Source of the DNA: Octopus sinensis
Lineage: Eukaryota
Direction: 5' to 3'
DNA: 64,000 nucleotides
NCBI RefSeq assembly: GCF_006345805.1
Contig: NC_043002.1
Coordinates: 21,204,001 to 21,268,000 of the forward strand
In this document: in pieces, positions 13,846 through 26,800 of the stretch
How the letters are laid out: every line of letters begins with the position of its first letter
How positions within the stretch are numbered: position 1 is the stretch's first letter
Translations under genes and position numbers: made by a program
Notes under the pieces: model-generated
What the model was told of the DNA's origin: nothing
Seen by the model: only the letters and a program-made list of their open reading frames with translations
Database searches by the model: none

Positions 13846-14000
13846 ATGAAGATTATAGTTGGTGTGTTGAGCATCCAGAAGTAATCAGTCTCAGTTCTAG
13901 TCCCATTGTTTGTTTACTGGACATCACATGTGATGACTGTATTTTAGCTGCAAGTGATAATATGATATACAAGATAGATTACTTCACTGGAAAAGTACAG
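13846..14000 (+). CDS. ARHGEF10: ARHGEF10-like exon: (D)EDYSWCVEHPEVISLSSSPIVCLLDITCDDCILAASDNMIYKIDYFTGKVQ
   Basis: ctattgcag acceptor, cag|gtaaga donor; matches DGSWDSEPQKVIKLGVLPVRSLL...LWAASGGQVF. Confidence 0.9.
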
Positions 14001-14168
14001 GTAAGACACATTTGGTTATATTCCTGGCTGACTCTGTCCTCTGTATTGTTGTTGTTGCTGTTGGTGTTGCTGTTGCTGCTGCTGTTGAGCCAATGGTCTT
14101 CGTCTCAGAGCTCGCAAGATGGGAGAGGTCCGAAACGTGGTCCTTGCTATGTGTGTGTGTGTGTGTGT

Positions 14169-14206
<38 letters not shown>

Positions 14207-15190
14207 CAGAATTGTAGAAAGGATTATTAAGCTGGTGTTTAGAACATAAAATGAACATGAAATTTTGAGACGTTTAATTAGATGTTTAATTAGAGGTTTA
14301 ATTTAATTAGATCCCTTTAAAGCAGTAAGTTTATGTCATAGAACCAGGGATGGTCTCAGACAGATTGGTATCAAAATGGTTAATGGGCTAAAACATTTTT
14401 AAGGATTTAAGGATTTATATATTAGGTCACAGAAATATTCTTAGTAACCTTAGACACACCGTCATCCATAAAAGTTGAAGGTGGTACAAACTACGATAGC
14501 ATACTAGAATGTTTAGTCTTGACCAAAGTTTTCAACTCACAATTGTATGGTTGTGAGTGCAATTTCTGGTTCCACATTGTGTTCTTGAGCAAGTTACTTT
14601 ACTTCTTGTTGTTCCAGTCCACTCAGCTGGCAAAAATGAGTTGTACTTATAATTCAAAGGGGCCAGCCTTGTCACACATTGTGTCACACTGAATCTCCCT
14701 GAAAATTATGTTAAAATTATATTTGTCTGTGGAGTGCTCAGCCACTTGCACATTAATTTCACAAGCAAGCTGTTCCATTGAGTGGATCAAATGGAACATT
14801 TGTCATTGTAAATGATGGAGAGCCAGGCCATGCCGTACTGTCGTATGTGAGTACTGAGCAAGTACAGAATCACTAATTTGAAAGTGAAAGCATTTAGTGG
14901 GAGGTTTTTAATGAGGGGTCCTAAGGCGTATGTACTCTTACTGCTAGGTTAATCCAGTTGTAGCAATGAGGAAAAGATATACTTGCTGAATTAATTTAAA
15001 ATCATATTAGTCAAGGAGCTAATGTTGTCTTTTCTCATCATGTAATTCTGCCTAATTAGATGTTTGATGATCACTGTATAAAATATGTTGAAACTAACAT
15101 TATCTCTATATTTGTTTACATACCTGTGTATCTATGATTTTCTCTCTGTCCACCTGTCTGTCTATCTATCTGTTTATCTATTTGTATCTG

Positions 15191-15252
<62 letters not shown>

Positions 15253-15254
15253 GT

Positions 15255-15796
15255 ATGAATGACGAAGCCACCTTGAGCATAATCCTATGAATCTGGAAAA
15301 ATTTTAAACAGAGAGTTACTTACTTGCAAATAAATGTGTTAACATCTGACATTATTGACCGAGGTTACCGTGGTCTTTTCCGTAGGCTTTTCTTTCTACG
15401 GATAAATCTTATCTGCTTCCCTCTTCACACTTTACACCATGACATTTCTGTGATACACGATCCCTATTGATCATTTTTTTCTTTCCTTTTTACGATCCCT
15501 TTTGATCAAAAACCTACCCCACTTTTTTTTCTCCCCAAAAAGAGAGCCACTTACTGTAATGTGTTTTCTTTTTGCATAACACTTTTGTCCAAGGTTCCCA
15601 TGGTCTTTTCCATAGGCTTTTCTATCCACAGACAAACCTAATCAGTTTTCCCTTTTTACATTGACATTTCTGTGATACACGATCCCTGTTGATCATCCCC
15701 TCTTAAAAACTTTTTTCCTTGTCTTCTTCCCAAAAAGAAAAGCTCTACTTTGCATTTTGTCCCTTCTGTGTTCAGCCCTGCGTGGCCAATAAAGAA

Positions 15797-15872
<76 letters not shown>

Positions 15873-15875
15873 GTG

Positions 15876-15936
<61 letters not shown>

Positions 15937-16071
15937 GTGTATCTATCTATCTATCTATCTATCTGTGTATCTATCTATCTATCTATCTATCTGTGTATCT
16001 ATCTATCTATCTATCTATCTATCTGTGTATCTATCTATCTGTGTATCTATCTATCTATCTATCTATCTATG

Positions 16072-16124
<53 letters not shown>

Positions 16125-16125
16125 G

Positions 16126-16166
<41 letters not shown>

Positions 16167-16185
16167 TTATCAATCTATCTATCTA

Positions 16186-16236
<51 letters not shown>

Positions 16237-16238
16237 GT
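15255..16238 (+). mobile_element. LINE-like 3' end with internal ~115-bp duplication and ~440-bp (CTAT)n tail
   Basis: 15362-15475 resembles 15591-15697; terminal ctgtgttcagccctgcgtggccaataaagaaat resembles the SINE B tail. Confidence 0.5.
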
Positions 16239-16462
16239 TTATATGTATGTGTGAGTAAATGCATGCATGTGTGAGTATATGCATACTCTTCTATCTACCT
16301 GTCTGAAGATCTGCTGCTATGTATACGTGTGTATATGTGTGTGTATATATGTGTGTGTTCCTATCTATCTGTTTCATATCTCTCCAGCATTTATCATACA
16401 TCTACCACCACCACCATCATCACTACCACCACCATCATCTCTGTATATGTTTCATTTTGCAG

Positions 16463-16634
16463 GTCTCCTGTTGCCTGTCCCCTGAAGGTGTTATCCAACA
16501 TATAGTGCAGGCAGGAGTTGGTATCTGGGTCTCATATCAGAACAGCCCAACCATACATCTCTATCATATAGAGAATTTGAATCTCTTACAGGAAATCAAT
16601 ATTGCTTCGGCTGGAACAAGGGTCCTTCCTGCAG
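16463..16634 (+). CDS. ARHGEF10: ARHGEF10-like exon: VSCCLSPEGVIQHIVQAGVGIWVSYQNSPTIHLYHIENLNLLQEINIASAGTRVLPA
   Basis: cattttgcag acceptor, g|gtgagt donor; matches ISHMAVSGVGIWIAF...LRLFHTETLKHLQDINIA. Confidence 0.93.
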
Positions 16635-16640
16635 GTGAGT

Positions 16641-16681
<41 letters not shown>

Positions 16682-16829
16682 TTCTCTCTCTCTGTCTTTC
16701 TCTCTGTCTTTCTCTCTGTCCCTGTCTTTCTCTCTTTATATATATATATATTTATATATGCTTATGTAACTTCAGAAACTCTATACCTCTGTCTTTAGTT
16801 TAACTCTTTATCTCTCTGTTTCAAATGTG

Positions 16830-16885
<56 letters not shown>

Positions 16886-17411
16886 CTCTCTTAGTTGGGA
16901 TAGAAGATACATACACATACACACACATATATATGTATGTATATGTGTGTGTTTATTTATAATAAACACAATATATATTTTTATGTTTGGCATGCTCTCA
17001 GCACATGAATCTAATAGTAGCACATAAAAACATATTGTGTTTATTAAATAATATTTATCTCTCACCAGATGGAATACTTTTTTGATCTTACCATCACAGA
17101 ACAGTACATATATATATATATATATATATATTATTCAAAGAAGAATACAGTGTACGTTCAACCACAAAAGAGATACCCAAAGAATAGGATATCTGACTCG
17201 CTAGAAAGAGCAGTTAAAACTTCATGCCACCAATTGTTGTAATTGTATATATATATACATACGTACATACGTACATATAGATATATGTTTTATCTTTGAT
17301 TTGATTTGATTCTCATTTTTCATAACTTATCTCCATAGTAACCCCTTATCTATTATCCTGACAGCATTCATGAAGTGTTATTATTTTTGTTGTTTCCTTT
17401 TATCATTTTAG

Positions 17412-18937
17412 ATTCCCAAAAAGAATGTACTGTGACGTGTCTTCTGTCAAGTCTTGGAATGTTATGGATTGGAACGAACCTTGGCCTCTTGGTGTCGTTT
17501 CCTTTGCCTCGCTTACGAAATGGTGTTCCTCTAGTCAGTGGGCGTCCATTTGTCTCATATCATGGCCACAAAGAAACTGTCCGATTTCTATTACCTTTCA
17601 TGTTGGGTTACAGAACAAAAACTGGCAGCAACACTTCGCAATACAATTCCAAAACGCTGTCCATGGCGTCCAAGATTCAAACACTGAGGACCACTGGCGG
17701 CAATTCTCGCTTCGAGGACCTCATTGAGGCTGACAATGGTGTTAAGATTGAAAATGATGATGAGGATGATGATGACGACAACCAAACATTGGTTGAGGAG
17801 AGCTATAAGATGCTACAGATGGAACTGAAAGCAAAACTGTCCAAACGCTACAACTCAACACCAAATCTACTTATTGAAGAAGACGAGGACAAAAATGAAG
17901 TGGTAAATGTGCAAAATAAGGAACAGAGAGGTACAAAGGAAATGGAAGTGTTGTATCGAAGTCTGATGGGTAATTCAATTAGGAGGGCACGCACACAATC
18001 CCTTCACCACCACCGGTTATCGAAGCAGCGGGGTCGGGCTAATAGTGGTGGCCAGCATGGAAACTTTGATAGTAAGTTTGGTAGTTATAATGACAATGGC
18101 ATTAATAGCCGAAACACTTTAGCAGCCATCAAGGGGAATCCACTTTCGTCTCTGTCACAAAAGTACACCAAAAATTCAGCCATCCGTCGCAGAAGCAAAG
18201 ATGAAACAATGTGCCAAAATGTTAGTGCCGGTCATGAGTTCATGGTCGCTGGTGCATCCACCACTTCTGACAGCACTCTTACTACTACTACTACTACTAC
18301 TACTACAACTACTACAACAACAATACCAACATCAACATTAGTCCCAACAACAACAACGACATCTGCAACAACAACAACAGCAACAACAACAACAACTGTG
18401 GTAGAGAAGAAAAAAGCAACGTTGGTGAGACAAAAACCTACTGAAGAGATGAATGAGGACCCAGTTCCTGAAGCGGATGCTGACAATTCGGAAACAGCTT
18501 TGACAACAAACACAAGCACAAACACAGCCATCACTACAACACCGACATCTTCGACAACAACAGCACCAACAATATCTTCATCATCATCTTCATCACCATC
18601 ATCACCATCATCACCATCATCAACGACAACAACAGCAGCAACAGCAGCATCATCAATGACCACAGCAACAGCAGCAACAACAACAGCAACAACAACAACA
18701 ACAATGGCAACACCGCCGCCGCCAGCATCACCAACAGCAAGAAACCATTTCTCATCTCTGCAGTCACAAATGTCCCAAAGTTCTAGAATATGGGAATTCC
18801 AGGAAGAATCAGACTGTAACTCAATAATGATAGTCAGTGGAGGTAATGGATATTTTAATGCTAGTCCAAACACAGCAGCCAATAAAACCAGCAGAGGAAA
18901 CGATTCCACACTTCTATTCTGGATCTACAAAATATGA
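17412..18937 (+). CDS. ARHGEF10: ARHGEF10-like terminal coding exon to stop TGA (includes long Thr/Ser/Ala-rich insertion)
   Basis: cattttag acceptor, phase 1 in; LWIGTNLGLLVSFPLPRL...VSYHGHKETVRFL matches LMVGTSLGVLVALPVPRL...VSYHAHNSPVKFI; ends SIMIVSGGNGY...STLLFWIYKI*; 1526-nt open frame. Confidence 0.93.
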
Positions 18938-19517
18938 CATATATAACAATATTGTTGTTGTTATTGTTGTTATTGTTGCTGTTTAACCCCAGATTAAAGA
19001 TCTGACAGAACAAACCTATAATTAATCCTTTTGTTATTATATTTCTACTGACAAATATTGGTTTTTATTTCAAATGAAATGAAGAATTTATTAAAATAAC
19101 TTTGTTAATATTAAGCCGGTGTATAAAACATGAATTAATACAAATTTTTGTTCAAAGGTTTTAATTTAGACTCCTTTAAAACAATAAGTTTGTTTCATAG
19201 AACCATGGGTTGTCTCAAGTGGGTTGGTATTAAAAGGGCTGGTGTTTTTCCTTTCAACAGGGGAGTATATTTTACAATGTATTATTTTTTAAAATCTTTG
19301 GTTTTTTTTTCTAAAAACAGTAGTGCAAAGCCTGAAGGAGATTTAGCTGCTATTTCTAGCAAGTAGAGTGACCTTGTTGAAATGGTGTTGGTGGTATTTA
19401 TTGTGGTGTAAGCAGTGTTGATAAATGTTTTAGAAATATAGTAGTGACTGTTGTTCTCTGTAAAATCAAATGACCTTACACAAAAGCATATTTTATATCA
19501 TACCATTCCTCTTCTCC

Positions 19518-19584
<67 letters not shown>

Positions 19585-19971
19585 ACACACATATGCAAAC
19601 ACACATATGTGCATACTCACAAATACACAATAAAATTAATATATAAAAAATGAATTAACTACAATATGGTTGTGATCACTTGATATGCTAGAAAGAGCAA
19701 CCAAATCTCACCAAACATCACCCAGCCATCTTTAAAAAAATGTGAAAGACACATTTGATAATGTATTCTTCGATATTTTAAAAGAAAAGATGGGATGATC
19801 ATGGCTGGAATGCCTTTGGTTGGGTATAGGTCTGCTCAATCAGAATTGACCTGGTGCTAAATATCAGCAATAACAACCACACCCAGAATATGGCTTCGTG
19901 ACCTTCTTTTCATTCTCTCTCTCTTTCTCTTTTAAACATTTCATTTACTGACTACTATTCACACACACACA

Positions 19972-20009
<38 letters not shown>

Positions 20010-20582
20010 TCACTTATACACCCTGTTCTTGCTACTAAGCTTGATATCCTTGGAGATGGAAACTTTATCCTCCCATCTCACATAACAAGGATTGTCTGCA
20101 CTGTACAGAATCTGTTGCCGATTCCTCAAGAGTTCCTGCTAGGCGTCCTAGATATATCATGTTTGGAAATAAGATGGGATGGTCACAAATGGAAAGTTTT
20201 TGTTTATTGAATTATTACTGAATAACACCAACTACACACACACACACACACATTTCTGTTGACAAAATTTACAAATAAGGCTTTGGTCGGCTTAGGGCTA
20301 TAGTTGAAAACACTTTCACAAGGTACCATGAAGTCGAATTGAACCCAAAACCATGCTGTTGGGAATTTAACTTCTTAACCACACAGCCATGCCAGTGCCT
20401 ACATAGTATGTATGTATGTATGTATGTATGTATGTATGTATGTATGTATGTACATATGTATGCATGTATAAATAATGTACAGTATATGTATTTATATATA
20501 TATACATATATATATATATTTATGTATATATGGATGTATAACTAATGTACATTACATGTATTTATATATATATAATGTTATG

Positions 20583-20806
20583 GAGATGTACTTGCATAGC
20601 AAGTGACCTGATCTGAGATTGTGTGCTGGAACGAAAACAATTGCAGTGTGGAAGGTGTTTATAAGCCATTTAAGAAACACACAAAAACCGTTAGATTCAC
20701 TTCAACATTTAAATTTTGAAAATTAAATTTAAATGTTGAAGTGAATCTAACAGTTTTTGTATGTTTCTTAAATGGCTTATAAACACCTTCCACGCTGCAA
20801 TTGTTT
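20583..20806. mobile_element. Palindromic dispersed repeat (82-bp arms, 8-nt loop)
   Basis: 20635-20716 is the reverse complement of 20725-20806; related copies at 46965-47225 and 49458-49730. Confidence 0.8.
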
Positions 20807-21055
20807 ATATATAATGTACATTATATGTATTTATACACCCCCCCCCCACACACACACAGGTCTCACTCTTCCACAAGATCTATTATCTTGAAGTTTCTTG
20901 ACTGCCACCTGTCCATAACAACATGGCCTCTTCTCTTGTACACTACACCTGATTTTTGTTATACCCATTTCTCTTTCTTAACTCATTTGTAATCTATCAT
21001 TGATATACACTAACATTACTCAGTCACAGGAACATGCTCCACTTCTTTCTCACCT

Positions 21056-21325
21056 TCATAAGCCTTCTGCATTCGAGGCCCATCTCTCATAACCAAGCAG
21101 CATTGCTCTGCAAATGCATGCATCATACAATCTACCATTTACTCTGAAGGAAAGGTCTTTGTTGGCAACAGTTCTTATCTGAGTGACTATACTTTCTGAA
21201 CTGTCACCTCTTCTACTAATTATGTCACCAAGATAACAGAAGCTGTGAACTGCTTCAAGTGAGCCAGTAGGGCATGTAAAAGAGTTTATTTCCAGTGTGA
21301 TCTTAGTACTTATTGCCAAAGGCAT
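21056..21325 (-). mobile_element. Degenerate RTE-clade LINE reverse-transcriptase C-terminal fragment
   Basis: LEAVHSFCYLGDII...LSFRVNGRLYDACI resembles the RTE FxYLG / KGRLY segment. Confidence 0.75.
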
Positions 21326-22090
21326 AGCTTGATTCTAAAGTTAGTGGGAGTGTGCACATACAAAAAACGATACCATGACATGTACCAAACAATTTTAAAT
21401 CGCATTTCTCTTATATTACACAAAAATTTCATTAGTTATAGGTGCAGGAGTGGCTGTGTGGTAAGTAGGTTGCTTACGAACCACATGGTTCCGGGTTCAT
21501 TCCCACTGCGTGGTGCCTTGGGCAAGTGTCTTCTACTATAGCCTCAGGCTGACCAAAGCCTTGTGAGTAGATTTAGTAGACAGAAACTGAAAGAAGCCTG
21601 TCATATATATGTATATATGTATGTGTGTATATGTTTGTGTGTCTGTGTTTGTCCCCCCAACAGCACTTGACAATCGATGGTGATATGTTTATATCCCTGC
21701 AACTTAGCGGTTCGGCAAAAGACACTGATAGGATAAGTACTAGGCTTACAAAAAATAAGTCCTGGGGTCAATTTGCTCAACTAAAGGTGGTGCTCCAGCA
21801 TGGCCACAGTCAAATGACTGAAACAAGTAAAAGAGTTATAAGATACATAGTTAATCTCATGTAGAAACAATGAAGCTCCACAGGATTGTCCAGTGTTGAG
21901 AAGCTATGATTTCTGGGCTGGTTTTAGTTCTTCAGATGTCAGTGTCCACCAATACATCACAAGAGATTGAGCAAGGAATTTAAAAACACGGAATGTTGGT
22001 CAAATAAACTAATGACTCTAGAAAGTTCTTCCAATGCCATACAATTAACAACAGCAACAAAAGAGATTTGGCTCTTATTGCACAAGTTAA

Positions 22091-22312
22091 CCCTTTCATT
22101 ACTGTATTTATTTTGAGATGCTCTGTGTTTCTTTCAATTACTTTAAATATAACAAAGAATTTAGTAAAAAATAACTTAGTTATCATTCAGCTAGTGTTAG
22201 GAACATAAATTGTGACTAAGGTTTGGTGGAAGATTTGAATTCAAAACTTATGAAAACAAGACATTTGTACTCAGAGCCAGAGCCGGTTTCAGCTGGGTTG
22301 GTAACGAAAGGG
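22091..22312. mobile_element. piggyBac-like MITE
   Basis: TTAA|ccctttcattac ... gtaacgaaaggg|TTAA; a degenerate relative lies at about 19022-19238. Confidence 0.8.
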
Positions 22313-22991
22313 TTAAATAAAGAGTTAAAGATGTTGAAAGGTGCCAATTTTGAAAAATGTGATCAGAGGGACTGGTCACTCTCCTTGGTTACCTATTAGT
22401 TATGTCATTGCATATTGCTCTATGCATGAACAACAAGGTATAGATGAGCTGAGAGAGAATCTGTACATAAGAAGAACTAGCTGTAATTACATATCTATAC
22501 CAATGCAGAGCAATAGCTGCAATGGTGTAGATATGTAATGCATATGGGAGAAGCAGGTGGGTGAAGAAGTGACCAGGGATTTATGTGGGAAGGTTCTAAT
22601 TGAAAATGAAGTCCACGGATGACATGGGCTGATCTCAGGAAGTTGAACCACACAACAAATGACAAAGTTATGACAACAAATGTTAGGGTGCTGTGTTGGA
22701 GAGGACTTGCTCAACCCATGTAGGGATGGAAGAATGAATATGAAAATAATGATGATGAGGATGATGATGATAATTAGCCTTAATTAATAAAAGATATTAC
22801 TGAAGACCAAACAAATACAGAATTGAATCATCACCTCTCCATCTTTTCCTCTTATTCCTTTCTGTTGAAGAGCATAGACTCGAAACATAAAAGACTTTTC
22901 TATTATTTTCTCAAGCATTAAACTAATACACCTGCTTGTTGTTCTTACACCTGTTTTCATCTTTTGTTCTGAAAATTTTTGAACTACACAC

Positions 22992-23023
<32 letters not shown>

Positions 23024-23028
23024 GATAT

Positions 23029-23073
<45 letters not shown>

Positions 23074-23247
23074 TATATATATGTATATTATATACATATA
23101 TATATACATATATATATATGTATGCATATATATATATATATACATATGTACATATACATGCGTGCACGTGCATGCACACACACACACTCATACACACACA
23201 CACACACAACGCATACACACACACACATGTATCATCATCAAAATAAC

Positions 23248-23283
<36 letters not shown>

Positions 23284-23642
23284 AGTAAAGTCACATCTAT
23301 TTCTCCATGGTTGCAGACAATATTCATTGAAGCAAATTTTCTACAGTTGGGTACTCCTCTTGTCAGCAACTGTCTCTTGTTTCAAAGAAGGAGATATTTC
23401 TACCAAATCTAGGCCTATTACCATATAAAACTGCAAACAAATACCACTGCTTGTATGGTGGTGATGTTTATTGACAATTGGCAGCGGACAATATCAAGTC
23501 AAGAACACACACACACATACATACACATTTATGCACGAGAGTTTATGTATTAATATGTGTGTATATCAGTATGTATGTATGTATATATACATAATATATA
23601 CACACACTATATATACATATATATATATACTTACATACATAT

Positions 23643-23677
<35 letters not shown>

Positions 23678-23816
23678 GCATATATATATACATATATATA
23701 TATACATATATACATATATATATACATATATATATATACATATATATACATATATAAATATATATATATAAATATGTATGTATGTATATAATCACATACA
23801 TATAATGTATATATAT

Positions 23817-23892
<76 letters not shown>

Positions 23893-26800
23893 GCCCACAC
23901 ATTATGAATATGTGTGTGTATATATATGTATATATATGTGTATATATATGTAGATATCTATCTATTTATCTACACACACACACATATATAGTTACATCCT
24001 GAAGCTGATGAAGAATGGAAATTTACATCCTACAGATCAAATTGCACTTGAACAGCAGAATTTTGGCTGCACCTCACTGTCATCCCAATGCTTGCCATAA
24101 AAATAAATACGATAACCAATAATAATAACGACGATGATGATGATGTTGATGATGATGAAAATGTAAATTCGTCTCAAGAAGTAAACTACATATGAAAACT
24201 ATCAGAAATGAAACAATAAATGAATTATTGGAATTTCAAAACAAAGCATAGTTCTATTATGTTATGGAACTTGACTAACATTTCTCCTGAGAATTTTCAG
24301 AAAGAAAAAAAGGAAAGCAAAAAAAAAAAAAAAAAAGATACATATAGATAGGTGCAGGAGTGGCTGTGTGGTAAGTAGCTTGCTAACCAACCACATGGTT
24401 CCGGGTTCAGTCCAACTGCGTGACATCTTGGGCAAGTGTCTTCTGCTATAGCCCCGGGCCGACCAATGTCTTGTGAGTGGATTTGGTAGACGGAAACTGA
24501 AAGAAGCCTGTCGTATATATGTATAATATATATATATATATATATGTGGTGTGTTTGTTTGTGTCTGTGTTTGTCCCCCTAGCATTGCTTGACAACCGAT
24601 ACTGGTGTGTTTATGTCCCCGTCACTTGGCGGTTCGGCAAAAGAGACCGATAGAATAAGTACTGGGCTTACAAAGAATAAGTCCCAGGGTCGATTTGCTC
24701 GACTAAAGGCGGTGCTCCAGCATGGCCGCAGTCAAATGACTGAAACAAGTAAAAGAGTAAAAAAGAGTGAAGAGATAAATAGATAAAAATGGAAATAAAA
24801 ACAGAGTACCTTGAAGCATTCCTTCTAGCATCCCTGATTAACTATAAGCAAAGTGTTTGGGCTTAATCAGATTAGGGCTACCCCTTCTTATTTCATTGAT
24901 CCCACATTTTATACAAACTACATTATAATCAAAATATTAGATCCCTGGACATGCTCAGAAAGATAACACAACAGACAAATGTAGTTAACTCTGAAGATGA
25001 TGCTCCATCATGGGCAAAGCTATGATGACTAAAGCAACAAAAATGACAAAAAAAAGCTCTGTGTGTGTGTGTTTATGTATGTGCATACATGTGTGTTTGT
25101 GTTGATTTGTTGAATTAAATACTAATTCAAGTTATATGTAATAAAATGAATAGATATTATTTTGGGACATACTTGTATTTTTGAATACTGCATGCATTCA
25201 TACTGACTCATACAGAACCATCATCAGCCAGGGAATTTGAGAGATTCAAAGAAAGTCAGAACCTACAAGGTATCACTATTTGGTTGATACTTTACAAAAT
25301 TCTAATTCCTTCTATTTATGTATAGACTAAGAACTGCTAAGTTCGTTGATAAATATACTTTTAATGTATCAAGAATTATTGATATGAATATTTTGTAAAA
25401 TATATCAAGAATGCTATAGAAGGAATCCACTAGAGTGCTCTATAAAAGAGGTTTATAATTGTGAAGGATACATCATAAAAATTAAATGAATGCAAAAGCA
25501 TACTTCATGATATGTATGTATGCATTCATGCATGTATGTATATACAGACACACATATATTTGCATATGCACACATGTTGGAATGCATCAAGAATGCTTTG
25601 TAAAGCAGGAATTCATAGAAATGCTCCCACATTTTAGCTATAAAATTAGTTTAGCTATATCACGCTAAACCTAGTAATTCATGATGCATTTCAACTTGTG
25701 TGCATATGCATATGAGTGTGTGCGTGTGTATATATACATACATGCATGCATACATATATACATACAAAATATTAAAATTAAAATATTATACCTGCGATAA
25801 GTAGCATCCGTGCTAGCGGGGTGCAAAGAGCACCATACGAGTGTGATCGTTGACAGAGCGGCTAACCGGCTTCCGTGCCAGTGGCACATAAAAGGGCACC
25901 ATTTGAGTATGGTCGTTACGAGTATCGCCTTACTGGCACTTGTGCCTGTGCTAGTAGGGTGCCAAGAGCACCATCCGAGCATAATTGTTGCCAGAGCAGC
26001 CAACTGGCTTCCGTACCCGTGGCACGTAAAAGGGCACCATTCAAGCGTGATCGTTACCAACGTCGCTTCACTGGCACCTGTGCCAGTGGCATGTGTAAAA
26101 AGATTCGAGCGAGGTCATTGCCAGTACTGCCTGACTGGCCCCCATGCCGGTGGCACGTAAAAAGCACCCACTACACTCTCGGAGTGGTTGGCGTTAGGAA
26201 GAGCATCCAGCTGTAGAAACTCTGCCAGATCAAGATTGGAGCCTGGTGCAGCCATCTGGTTCGCCAGCCCTCAGTCAAAATCGTCCAACCCATGCTAGCA
26301 TGGAAAGCAGACGTTAAACAATGATGATGATGACAGTTCTATTGCTGTAAACTGGTTACATTTGTAGAAGGGCAACTAGAACTATTGTCAGGGGAAATAA
26401 ATATAGGAGATTCAAATTTAACAAGATTATAATCACTCATAACATCGAAGTACTAAACCATGCAGCATTGAAGTTTTGTTGAAAGTTCACAGAATTCAAA
26501 TTTCCCATATTTGTGTGTAGAATTCCCATTGCAAGGTGCATCAACAAATACAGAGTGTACAATCTAAGGAAATTTGGATGTGTCCTGTTATTTCAGAGTT
26601 GACAGTAATTCTAACAATGAAACCAGTTTCCAAAAAGGCAGCACACTAGCAGTGCCATTAAAGTGTTGGATTAAATGCTTTTGGCTGTTTGTTCTGACTC
26701 TTTCTTTGTGTTCTGTGTTCAAATACTAATGAGGTCAAATGTACTTTTCATTTGAAGCAGAAGCCTGCTGCAATATGCATTTGGTTCTTTGTTCTATCAT

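Noticed and set aside
23997-24035. HPEADEEWKF resembling the TRP-channel EWKFAR box
   Set aside because: Followed by TSYRSNCT* with no other TRP similarity; a short chance match
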